Assembly: GCA_958296135.2 (NCBI GenBank)
Contig: CATQHZ020000001.1
Location: 1,536,001 to 1,600,000 of the forward strand
Source: an uncultured Poribacteria bacterium
GTDB taxonomy: Bacteria; Poribacteria; WGA-4E; WGA-3G
Length of the DNA: 64,000 nucleotides
Direction of reading: 5' to 3'
Below, piece by piece: positions 20,846-29,615 of this stretch. The notes under the pieces are model-generated. The model was not told the DNA's origin and searched no databases. It saw nothing but the letters and a program-made list of their open reading frames with translations. The position numbers and the translations under genes were made by a program. How positions within the stretch are numbered: position 1 is the first letter of the stretch; the number at the start of each line of letters is the position of its first letter.

Positions 20846-22483
20846 ATGAAAGCATCTGAACTCACTATCAAATGTCTCGAAAACGAGAACGTTGATTACA
20901 TCTTCGGGATACCGGGCGAGGAAAATCTGGATTTAATGGACGCGCTCTTGGAATCCCCAATCCAGTTTATTCAGACGCGCGATGAACGCGGCGCGGCCTT
21001 CATGGCAGATGTCTACGGCCGCCTCACCGGTAGAGCCGGGGTCTGCCTCGCTACACTCGGTCCGGGCGCGATGAATCTTGTCACGGGTGTGGCGGATGCC
21101 AATATGGATAGGGCCCCCGTGGTGGCTATCACTGGGCAAGCCGGGCTGGACAGGATGCACAAGGAATCGCACCAATACATGGATGTCGTCTCCGTTTTCA
21201 AGCCGATGACAAAGTGGAATACGCTGCTGCATCTGCCGGAGATTATTCCGGAAGCGATTCGCAAGGCGTTCAAGGTAGCAACAGCGGAGAAGCCGGGCGC
21301 GACGCACATTGATTTTCCTGAAGACCTGGCGAAAATGCAGATTATCGGCGAACCGGTTCCTCACGATTTTCCGAGTGACGCTGAACCGGTCGATGCATGT
21401 TTGGCACGCGCCGCGCAGCTCATTCAGGACGCGAGGCAACCGATTATCCTCGCAGGAAACGGGGTTGTCCGGCAGGGTGCCTCCCGAATTCTGACAGAGT
21501 TTGCGGAAGCCACTAACATCCCGGTTGCGCACACGTTCATGGGCAAAGGGTGCATCCCGTGGACGCATCCGTTGTCCCTCCTGACCGTGGGGTTGCAAGC
21601 GCGCGATTTTGTCTCCTGCGGATTTGACCGGGCAGATTTGGTGATTTCCATCGGATATGACATTGTGGAATACCATCCGCGTCTCTGGAATCCTGGGCAC
21701 GATAAGAAAATTGTCCATATTGACACGGAACCGAGCGAGAGTGATGCAGCTTATGTCACCGATGTTGAGATGGTGGGCAATATTAAGCATAGCCTCACGT
21801 GTCTGCTCGCGCAGGGGATTCAGCCGAAGGACCCGGCCTATGCCTCCGATACGCTGCGGAAAATTATTCTAGCTCAGATAACAGAACACCGCGACGACAA
21901 GGCGTTTCCGATGAAACCGCAAAAGATTTTGAGCGACATCCGTTCCGTGCTCGCCGAAGACGACATCCTCATCTCCGATGTCGGCGCGCATAAAATGTGG
22001 ATTGCGCGGATGTATCCGTGCTATCAACCGAATACGTGCATCATTTCCAACGGCTTCGCCTCCATGGGCATCGCGGTGCCGGGGGCTTACGTCGCGAAAC
22101 TTATCTATCCCGAACGCAACTGCTTAGCAGTCTGCGGCGATGGCGGTTTCCTGATGAACTCACAGGAATTGGAAACAGCAGTGCGTACCGGTGTCCCGTT
22201 CGTCACGCTCATTTTCAATGATGAGGCCTACGGCTTAATCGAATGGAAGCAGATGAACGCTTTCGGCAGACCGGCACACATTGACTTTACGAACCCTGAT
22301 TTTGTGAAGTATGCCGAGGCATTCGGTGCAAAAGGATACCGTGTGCAAGGGAGTGACGAATTGGTGCCGATTCTCAAGGATGCTTTCAGGCAGGCAGTGC
22401 CCTCTGTCATCGATTGCCCTGTCAATTACGCCGAAAACCTGCGTTTGACAGATGAACTTGGAAATTTGACGTGTCCTATCTAA
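20846..22483 (+). CDS. ilvB: Acetolactate synthase large subunit (TPP-dependent)
   Basis: FGIPGEE, RDERGAAFMA, TLGPGA, GDGGFLMNSQEL. Confidence 0.9.
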   Translation: MKASELTIKCLENENVDYIFGIPGEENLDLMDALLESPIQFIQTRDERGAAFMADVYGRLTGRAGVCLATLGPGAMNLVTGVADANMDRAPVVAITGQAGLDRMHKESHQYMDVVSVFKPMTKWNTLLHLPEIIPEAIRKAFKVATAEKPGATHIDFPEDLAKMQIIGEPVPHDFPSDAEPVDACLARAAQLIQDARQPIILAGNGVVRQGASRILTEFAEATNIPVAHTFMGKGCIPWTHPLSLLTVGLQARDFVSCGFDRADLVISIGYDIVEYHPRLWNPGHDKKIVHIDTEPSESDAAYVTDVEMVGNIKHSLTCLLAQGIQPKDPAYASDTLRKIILAQITEHRDDKAFPMKPQKILSDIRSVLAEDDILISDVGAHKMWIARMYPCYQPNTCIISNGFASMGIAVPGAYVAKLIYPERNCLAVCGDGGFLMNSQELETAVRTGVPFVTLIFNDEAYGLIEWKQMNAFGRPAHIDFTNPDFVKYAEAFGAKGYRVQGSDELVPILKDAFRQAVPSVIDCPVNYAENLRLTDELGNLTCPI

Positions 22484-22490
22484 ACGTGGC

Positions 22491-22520
22491 TTGCAAAATT
22501 GCAGGCTATCATGTTACAAT
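22491..22520 (+). promoter_or_regulatory. sigma70-type promoter ~650 nt upstream of mtnA
   Basis: TTGCAA-18nt-TACAAT with TGn extended -10. Confidence 0.55.
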
Positions 22521-22526
22521 ACAAGA

Positions 22527-23174
22527 AAGGAGGAGAGTGCTAGCGCCCGAAAATCCGAGTAAATCGATTGAATTCTCGGTAAGTCTCGTTAATTCGTAAC
22601 ATATCTGATTTAAGTAGTTTTATCTCTCAGGTGAGAGGATGGCGAACGGAGCGTGAAGAGCGTTTCCTGCTGCACGATACCAAGAGGCAGGCGTAATGTC
22701 CTAACCCCCCGTGTGAAGCGGATTAATAGTCGGTGGTGCGAATGCATCGCTGACGGTGGAGGGGGCCGTAAGTCCGACGCGATTCCCTGCCGATTTTTGC
22801 GTAGGTAGTTTGTAATAACAAACTACCGAAGATGTGCTGTTTGGCTTTCGCAAACAGCACTGCGCAAAAATCGGAGAAAGGATTGTTTCGCTGCAGTATC
22901 TAGAACTACAAAGAAAACGTCGCGGCTGGTTTGACCGAGACGCAAAACGCCTGTGGAGCTCGCGTAAGACCTCGTAGTATTCGCATTTCTCCGATTTTGA
23001 CGCAGTGTTATTCGCAAAGCCGAATAACACATCTTCGGCATGCTTGGCTTTCGCAAGCATGCCTACGTCAAAATCGGCAGGTGCGTTTCGGAGGCGGTAA
23101 GTGATGAAGCAGGAACTTAGAAGTCTCGACTTATCTCGATCTGTTGAGACTTCGGGGAACAGACAGAAGCCACT
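22527..23174 (+). ncRNA. Candidate large structured ncRNA/leader with degenerate RNase P RNA-like landmarks
   Basis: No credible ORF; G-U-containing stems such as GTCGGTGGTGC/GCATCGCTGAC (22729-22754); see findings. Confidence 0.45.
22786..23081. repeat. Inverted pair of ~95-nt Y-shaped palindromic units (REPIN-like)
   Basis: 22786-22879 and the reverse complement of 22986-23081 share outer stem, GTAG, two hairpins and CGAAGAT linker. Confidence 0.85.
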
Positions 23175-24212
23175 ATGGCAGTCTCAACAATTGAATGGGC
23201 AGCTGGCAGAATTCGGATGATCGATCAGACACTGCTGCCCACTGAATTTAAGCAAATTTATTGCGATGACATCGCATCGGTGTGGGAAGCGATTAAATCT
23301 CTGCGCGTGCGCGGTGCCCCCGCTATCGGCATCGCCGGTGCACTCGGAGCTGTCCTCGGAATTTGGGATTCCACTGCGGCAACTTATGACGTATTCGCAG
23401 CGGAACTGAAATCCGCAACGAATTATCTGGCGACCTCGCGCCCGACAGCCGTTAACCTGTTCTGGGCACTAGACCGGATAAACCGCACGGCGGCGGAAAA
23501 CAGCCACCTTGAAATTCCCGCGCTCAAAGAACGGCTACTGGCAGAAGCACAGGAAATCATTGAGGAAGATAAGGCGATGTGTCGCGCCATCGGGCAGCAC
23601 GGGCTGGCGTTGTTGAATGAAAACGATACGATTCTGACGCATTGCAACGCCGGCGGCTTGGCGACATCCGATTACGGCACGGCGTTGGCTGTCATGTTCA
23701 GCGCGCACGAAGCCGGGAAGAATATCCAGGTCTACGCCGATGAGACGCGTCCCCTCTTACAGGGCGCGCGCCTGACAACGTGGGAATTGATGCAGGCCGG
23801 CATAGACGTGACACTCATCTGCGACAACATGGCGGCACAGGTGATGAAAGAAGGCAAAATCCAGTGCGTTATCGTCGGTGCCGACAGAATCGCTGCGAAC
23901 GGTGACACGGCGAACAAAATCGGCACTTACAATGTCGCTATCCTCGCCGAAGCGCACGGGATTCCGTTCTATGTTGCCGCGCCTACTTCTACCTTGGACT
24001 TCGCTTTGAAAACCGGCGATGAGATTCCGATCGAGCAGCGCGCCGCTGCAGAGGTAACAGAAGGGTTCGGCAAGATGACAGCCCCTGAAGGGGTGAAGGT
24101 CTACAGTCCCGCGTTTGATGTCACGCCGGCGGCGTTGGTTACGGCGATTATCACGGAGAACGGAGTCGCACGGCCGCCCTATACGGAGAGTCTGAGTGCG
24201 TTTCGGGAATAG
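23175..24212 (+). CDS. mtnA: S-methyl-5-thioribose-1-phosphate isomerase
   Basis: IDQTLLP, VRGAPAIG, RPTAVNL, THCNAGGLAT, ETRPLLQGARLT, ANKIGTY. Confidence 0.96.
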   Translation: MAVSTIEWAAGRIRMIDQTLLPTEFKQIYCDDIASVWEAIKSLRVRGAPAIGIAGALGAVLGIWDSTAATYDVFAAELKSATNYLATSRPTAVNLFWALDRINRTAAENSHLEIPALKERLLAEAQEIIEEDKAMCRAIGQHGLALLNENDTILTHCNAGGLATSDYGTALAVMFSAHEAGKNIQVYADETRPLLQGARLTTWELMQAGIDVTLICDNMAAQVMKEGKIQCVIVGADRIAANGDTANKIGTYNVAILAEAHGIPFYVAAPTSTLDFALKTGDEIPIEQRAAAEVTEGFGKMTAPEGVKVYSPAFDVTPAALVTAIITENGVARPPYTESLSAFRE

Positions 24213-24429
24213 CAAAAATGATAACCGAAACTGGTTCTCCTGCCCGTAGGGCGCGGGGCTGTCCTTCGCCACTAAACGCACGCGGGGGACAGTGGACATC
24301 TCTGCAGCGAGGCTGCAGAGATGATAGCGTTAAAGTAAGGTAGCGTGCTTTCGCGAGGCGACACACGCACGTTTTCTGTAGGCGTGACCGTGACGGCCCC
24401 CGCGCTACGTTCCAAGAGTTCATCGGATG

Positions 24430-25716
24430 CTACGCTGCTTTCTGGATGTTGGCGCGCGTGCCTTCGACATCAAAGCAGGCATACTGGTTCGTATGCATTA
24501 TGCGGGTGGCGAGCTCCATCGCCTGTTTTTCCGTGAGGTAGCCGTCAGCGATTTCTCCCTCAAGTGCGCGCCGGATTTCGTTTCTTGCCTGGATTGCGTA
24601 AGCCATGGCACTAGTGGGCCAACCGGTGTCGCCGCCGAAGGCGAACAACTTGTTTGATGGCACAGCATGGATGCACCGGCGCAAGAAATCACGCGAACTA
24701 TAGGGATCGATGCTCCACGCCCAGCAGAAGTCAACCCAGATGTTGCGGTAATGCTTCGCCAGCGCGACGAGTTCGTCGTTGTAAGGATAGGCGATGTGCA
24801 TCAGGACAAACTTTGCGTCAAGATATCGGGCGAACAAGGCGCACATATTCCCCGCGGGGATGCGCCGGACCGGCATCCGGTCGTTGCCAGCATAATACCC
24901 AGTGTGAATCTTGAACGGGAGATTGTGCTCGGTGGCGAGTTCAACCCCGCGCGCCCAACACCAATCGCCGAGGCAGAGGCGCGTTGGTTCGTCAACCTGC
25001 TCTGACGATTGCGTCAGCACGGCGTTGAGTGCTTGTGCCGCTTCGTTATCGCTGCGTTCAATCCAGTTGAGCGTGCGGTTATAGGCATGCTGCGATTTCA
25101 CAGCGATGGCGAGCGGCGCATGTTTCGCGAAAATCGCCTCCATACTGCGTCTGAGAGAACCGAGGTCAGTCACGTCAATGTCTGTCTCGGCCTGAATTGC
25201 ACTGGGGTTGACTTGTCCGTTGCAAAACGTCGCCCAGGACAAATCGTAGAGGAAAAAATCGAGGCCAGATGTATCGGGAGGACACGGCCAACTGAAATCG
25301 TCGGTCTGAACGTGGTCCAGATTGGCGACATCGTGGAGAATGCGGTAACGTTCGCCAGGTTCTTGGAGTGCCTTCACCTTGTCTTGTGCGGTGGTGAGTC
25401 CTCCGCCGGTGAGTTCATCCAGGCCGTAAATATGCTTGGCGATGAGGCGCACAGCTTCGCCGTAGCCGGTGAATTGTGTCGCTTCCCATGCCTCGCGGAT
25501 GCCTTCAAACCGGTCGGCGACATCCTGCGACGCGTCCATCAGGTTCCGCATTGCTTCTGGCGATGCACCCGCTGTCTGGAGATCGGCGGGGACGTAGTTA
25601 CCGAACAGGTCCTGCAGAATATCAGGTCCTTTTTCTACCCAGTCGTTCTCGCGGCGCATGTGTTCATGCGTGTCAACGAGACGGATAGTCTGAATGTGAT
25701 GTGTGAGGTCGGTCAC
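24430..25716 (-). CDS. Amidohydrolase superfamily protein (uronate isomerase-like)
   Basis: DTHEH, IHTG, LMHIAYPY, FGGD; GTG start with AGGAG SD. Confidence 0.8.
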   Translation of the reverse strand: MTDLTHHIQTIRLVDTHEHMRRENDWVEKGPDILQDLFGNYVPADLQTAGASPEAMRNLMDASQDVADRFEGIREAWEATQFTGYGEAVRLIAKHIYGLDELTGGGLTTAQDKVKALQEPGERYRILHDVANLDHVQTDDFSWPCPPDTSGLDFFLYDLSWATFCNGQVNPSAIQAETDIDVTDLGSLRRSMEAIFAKHAPLAIAVKSQHAYNRTLNWIERSDNEAAQALNAVLTQSSEQVDEPTRLCLGDWCWARGVELATEHNLPFKIHTGYYAGNDRMPVRRIPAGNMCALFARYLDAKFVLMHIAYPYNDELVALAKHYRNIWVDFCWAWSIDPYSSRDFLRRCIHAVPSNKLFAFGGDTGWPTSAMAYAIQARNEIRRALEGEIADGYLTEKQAMELATRIMHTNQYACFDVEGTRANIQKAA

Positions 25717-25744
25717 GATGAAATTTCTCCTTTGCAGATTTTGG

Positions 25745-25774
25745 TTGACAAATAGCATCAAAATACGATAAAAT
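25745..25774 (+). promoter_or_regulatory. sigma70 promoter for the cold-shock/Hfq-like gene, implying a ~310-nt leader
   Basis: TTGACA-18nt-TAAAAT. Confidence 0.55.
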
Positions 25775-26091
25775 GTTTTGCAGGGTGACAGGATAATTCC
25801 TTTCGCCTTATTTTACCAGAGAGACGATTTGTGTCAAGAGAAAAAACAGAGGGATTCAGTTGTCCGTTTTTGATGTCACCGGCGAAAATCAACAACGGGC
25901 CCTCACCCTATAAGGCAGTTCTCCCGGTCTGGGCCCGTTTGCGCTCAGGCGAGCTCAAACGACAGATGCGGGAGAACTCAGTGTTTCATAGAGAAAAAAC
26001 GGCTTCATTGCAGGCGCGGGTGCGCGGTTTGCAACGGGCCGCACGACGATAGGCACCTTCCTGAAGTGGAGGAGAACGACAGGAGCAGACT

Positions 26092-27039
26092 ATGCCTACA
26101 GGACGGATTAAGTATTACAATTTCGATAAAGGGTTCGGTTTCATTGCGCAAGATAGCAGCGATGCTGATGTCTTCTTGCACAGTTCGGCGATGAAACAAC
26201 CCGAATACGAAGAGCTTCGCGTTGGGCAGCGGGTGAAGTATAACGTCGTCGAAGGCGAGAAAGGGCTCGTCGCTCAGCACGTTGAGGTGTTGCTGACTCC
26301 GACGGAACGCCGCTGGCTGCGGCAAGGGAAGGCGATTATCCCGCGCGGTTACTCCGGGTTCCCCGGTCAGAACCAGGGGCAATTTGTCGCCGAAGAGGCG
26401 GTGCATGCCGACGCATCCGCTCCGTCAAGACCTGGCCCTGGCCCCCGCAGGCAGCCGCACTCCGAAGATGCGGCACATCCCGTGCTCAAAGGGAGACCCG
26501 GCCTTAGTGCTGCACCGCCTGCTGTTCGGCCGCTTGAACAAGCCTCTAAGCAGCTCAGCTTCGGCGATCTTTACATCCTGAAGCAGATTAACCTTGAGAC
26601 ATCCATGTTTTTCGCGTTGTATAACCGTGTGCAGCTCCCGGCTATCGTCTTAGAAATGACGCTTTCTAGTTTGACGCTCAACAGCAACGGGCAGGAACAG
26701 GTTCTCGCCAAAACGGATGTGAAATACTGCTACAAAGACATGGATGCGGCGAAAGTGCAGGCATCTCTGGAGGTGGACGATGCTGTCAAGGGACTGCGGT
26801 TGGAGCCGGTCTTGCGTGACGAAGAAGCGTATGCGCTAGATACGGAAGTGGTGCGGGCGGCCCGGAAAAACGGCGATTCAATTGAGGTGACTCTCCGTGA
26901 GGGTGAAATCTTTCGCGGGATTGTTGACTGGGTGAGCCCTTACGAGATCAAGTTGATTTTGGAGAACGGTGCCAAAGTCGTCGTCTTCCTGCACGCGCTC
27001 TACGATTTCAAGGTATTTCCTTCCAAGAAGGCGTTCTAA
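26092..27039 (+). CDS. Cold-shock domain protein fused to Hfq/Sm-like domain(s)
   Basis: KGFGFI and DVFLHSS RNP motifs; C-terminal IEVTLREGEIFRGIVDWVSPYEIKL...VVFLHAL resembles Hfq. Confidence 0.75.
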   Translation: MPTGRIKYYNFDKGFGFIAQDSSDADVFLHSSAMKQPEYEELRVGQRVKYNVVEGEKGLVAQHVEVLLTPTERRWLRQGKAIIPRGYSGFPGQNQGQFVAEEAVHADASAPSRPGPGPRRQPHSEDAAHPVLKGRPGLSAAPPAVRPLEQASKQLSFGDLYILKQINLETSMFFALYNRVQLPAIVLEMTLSSLTLNSNGQEQVLAKTDVKYCYKDMDAAKVQASLEVDDAVKGLRLEPVLRDEEAYALDTEVVRAARKNGDSIEVTLREGEIFRGIVDWVSPYEIKLILENGAKVVVFLHALYDFKVFPSKKAF

Positions 27040-27102
27040 TTTGCAAGGGGTGGCTATAGAAATCCACCCTGACAATCTATGCTCGGTAGGTAGGTAACCC
27101 TT

Positions 27103-27699
27103 ATGCAACCCTATCACGAACTCGTCGCCGATGTGATGAGAGACGTGCGACGGCTCCGCGAAGAATATGGGACATCGCCATGTCCGGCGAACTGCTTTGA
27201 CTGTTGCAAGAACACCGCGACAATGGCGATCAGCGAGGTGGAAGCTCAAGATTTGAAACTCGGATTAGACGCGCTGCCGCCAGAAATTCGCGCGCACATT
27301 TGCCAGAAAGCGGAACGTTCTATCGGACGCATCGAGGCACTCGGTTACGACGCGGCAAATATCACGCAGGAATCAGGCATGGACGTGCTTGCGGTGCTCA
27401 AAGGCACCCCTGAAGCCGAATGTCCGATGCTAATCGGCGGGGTATGCACCGTCTATGAACACCGTCCGGTTATCTGCCGCGTGTGGGGCTATCCGCTTGA
27501 TAACGGGAGAGAATTGGCGTGCTGCCACAAAACGTTCATCGGGCAGCGACGCGACTACAAACCGCTCAATTACGCGCACTATTGGCGGCAGTGTCGAGCC
27601 CTGAGTGAGGAACTCGGTGCCACGCGAAAAACGCCGAATTGCTATCTCGTCGGCGCGCTTTTAGGTTCGGATGCGTCGGCGAGTTCTCGCAAAAACTGA
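27103..27699 (+). CDS. YkgJ-family Cys-cluster (CxxxCxxCC) protein
   Basis: CPANCFDCC, CPML..CTVYEHRPVICR. Confidence 0.85.
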   Translation: MQPYHELVADVMRDVRRLREEYGTSPCPANCFDCCKNTATMAISEVEAQDLKLGLDALPPEIRAHICQKAERSIGRIEALGYDAANITQESGMDVLAVLKGTPEAECPMLIGGVCTVYEHRPVICRVWGYPLDNGRELACCHKTFIGQRRDYKPLNYAHYWRQCRALSEELGATRKTPNCYLVGALLGSDASASSRKN

Positions 27700-27974
27700 A
27701 AGGTATAGATGCCTGTGCGATGCCCATCGTTCCAGATGAATCGCACGGCGTAGTGTCCCACCCGCTGAATGTCGACAAGGCGTAGATTGTCATAAAAATC
27801 GTCCGGAGGCAAGATGTGCAGCGGATTTTTTTCGGTGCGCATCGCTTGGCACCGGGCACAGGGGCATTTCTGCCGGAGGAGTCGGTAGGAGAGTTCACTG
27901 TGTGGCGAATCTTTCCAGCGCACCGCCAAGCTATTGCTTGTTCTTTTGAGTTCGGTAGGTTGGAATGTTTGCAT
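27642..27974 (-). CDS. DUF971 (GBBH N-terminal-like) Fe-S maturation-associated protein
   Basis: LRQKCPCARC, VGHYAVRFIWNDGHRTGIY. Confidence 0.88.
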   Translation of the reverse strand: MQTFQPTELKRTSNSLAVRWKDSPHSELSYRLLRQKCPCARCQAMRTEKNPLHILPPDDFYDNLRLVDIQRVGHYAVRFIWNDGHRTGIYTFQFLRELADASEPKSAPTR

Positions 27975-28068
27975 GATAGAGAATAACGGATTATCGTCAA
28001 CATGCTGCTGCAGCGCGCTGACGATAACCAATTACCGGAGGCGCGCTGCGGCAGCGCGCCTTGCAACG

Positions 28069-28326
28069 TTATAGGAAGTATTCCGCGTTGATGTCGATGA
28101 AATGCTCCCATTCTTCGGGCACATCTTCTTCCATAAAGATTGCCTCCACGGGGCATTCGGGCTCGCAGACGCCGCAGTCGATGCATTCTTCCGGATCGAT
28201 GTAGAGTTGATTGACTTCCTCAAACTCATCGGCAGCTGGCAGCGGGTGAATGCAGTCCACTGGGCACACATCAACGCATGCGCTATCCTTTACTTCAACA
28301 CAAGGTTCGCAAATTACATACGTCAT
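28069..28326 (-). CDS. fdxA: Dicluster ferredoxin (7Fe/FdxA type), copy 1
   Basis: MTYVICEPC..CVDVCPVDCI..CIDCGVCEPECPVEAI. Confidence 0.92.
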   Translation of the reverse strand: MTYVICEPCVEVKDSACVDVCPVDCIHPLPAADEFEEVNQLYIDPEECIDCGVCEPECPVEAIFMEEDVPEEWEHFIDINAEYFL

Positions 28327-28463
28327 AAGAGAAAAACTCCTTGTCGCTTGGTTTAGAATCAGAACCTTCATCAAACCGGCGGCTTGATGAAGGGTATAGA
28401 AAACGTTGTCAATTTTGCGGAAAACCGCGCTGTCAGCTGAGTTGCGATTCAGGGACATTATTA

Positions 28464-28492
28464 ATAATACCACATAGAAACTTATTTGTCAA
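28464..28492 (-). promoter_or_regulatory. Ferredoxin promoter (second copy ~29235-29263)
   Basis: TTGACA-17nt-TATTAT on minus strand. Confidence 0.6.
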
Positions 28493-28649
28493 ATTTTTTA
28501 TTCGGTGGTATCTCTTTTTCCCCAAGCACGCGCCGCGGCTTGTAGCGCGAGGGCCTGTCCCTCGCGCTCGCTCGACCGAGGCGAAAACCGCCGCGTTTGC
28601 TGTCCCGAGCACGGCACGGCGGGAGACCGGCACCCGCCCTACGGGGAGA

Positions 28650-28745
28650 GAGTCGGTAGGAGAGTTCACTGTGTGGCGAATCTTTCCAGCGCACCGCCAG
28701 GCCACTGCTCGTTCTTTTGAGTTCAGTAGGTTGGAGTGTTTGCAT
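28650..28745 (-). pseudogene. Truncated DUF971 copy running into REP sequence
   Basis: MQTLQPTELKR...SELSYRL then diverges into REP-derived sequence; CPC motif lost. Confidence 0.8.
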
Positions 28746-28839
28746 GATAGGGCATAACCGATTATCGTCAACACGCTGTCGCAGCGCGCTGACGATAACC
28801 AATTACCGGAGGCGCGCTGCGGCAGCGCGCCTTGCAACG

Positions 28840-29097
28840 TTATAGGAAGTATTCCGCGTTGATGTCGATGAAATGCTCCCATTCTTCGGGCACATCTTCT
28901 TCCATAAAGATTGCCTCCACGGGGCATTCGGGCTCGCAGACACTGCAGTCGATGCACTCTTCCGGATCGATGTAGAGTTGATTGACTTCCTCAAACTCAT
29001 CGGCAGCTGGCAGCGGGTGAATGCAGTCCACTGGGCACACATCAACGCATGCGCTATCCTTTACTTCAACACAAGGTTCGCAAATTACATACGTCAT
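28840..29097 (-). CDS. fdxA: Dicluster ferredoxin, copy 2 (CIDCSVC variant)
   Basis: Same protein as copy 1 except Gly to Ser in CIDCGVC. Confidence 0.9.
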   Translation of the reverse strand: MTYVICEPCVEVKDSACVDVCPVDCIHPLPAADEFEEVNQLYIDPEECIDCSVCEPECPVEAIFMEEDVPEEWEHFIDINAEYFL

Positions 29098-29289
29098 AAG
29101 AGAAAAACTCCTTGTCGCTTGGTTTAGAATCAGAACCTTCATCGAACCGGAGGCTTGATGAAGGGTATAGAAAACGTTGTCAATTTTGCGGAAAACCGCG
29201 CTGTCAGCTGAGTTGCGATTCAGGGACATTATTAATAATACCACATAGAAACTTATTTGTCAAATTTTTTTATTCGGTGGTATCTCTTT

Positions 29290-29595
29290 TTCCCCAAGCA
29301 CGCGCCGCGGCCTGTAGCGTGAGGGACAACCTGTCCCTCGCGCTCGCTCACGTTTTCTGTCCCGATTGCGGCACGGCGAACAAGTACACCCCGCGGCTTG
29401 TAACGCGAGGGCCTGTCCCTCGCGCTCGCTCAACTGAGGTGAAAAGCGTCTGCAACCCACGGCTATTCACGTTTTTTGTTCAATTCCAGCACGGCGGGGG
29501 AAACCCTCGGCGATTCGCGATCGCCGGGCCCCCGCCCTACGGGGAAAGGAACCGATCTCGGCACGGCGGCGAACAGGCCCCCGCCCTACGGCTAA
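29290..29595. repeat. Cluster of GTAG REP-like palindromes
   Basis: GTAGCGCGAGGG..CCCTCGCGC and GCCCTAC variants. Confidence 0.75.
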
Positions 29596-29615
29596 GGGAA
29601 CGGTTAGATGGCAGA

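Larger units (their letters stand above)
27879..29349. repeat. Tandem duplication, period 771 nt (27879-28573 vs 28650-29349)
   Basis: Near-identical sequence including ferredoxin, its promoter and the 5' part of DUF971. Confidence 0.95.

Noticed and set aside
22701-23060. 119-aa and 77-aa minus-strand ORFs
   Set aside because: They span palindromic repeats and show no protein-like motifs
22527-23174. SAM-I riboswitch, tmRNA, group II intron or hammerhead upstream of mtnA
   Set aside because: No SAM-I core, no tRNA-like ends, no domain V, and no CUGANGA/GAAA core at the three-way junctions
25894-25978. HDV-like ribozyme
   Set aside because: Only 4 nt between the P2 5' strand and P1 3' strand, leaving no room for P3/L3/P1.1
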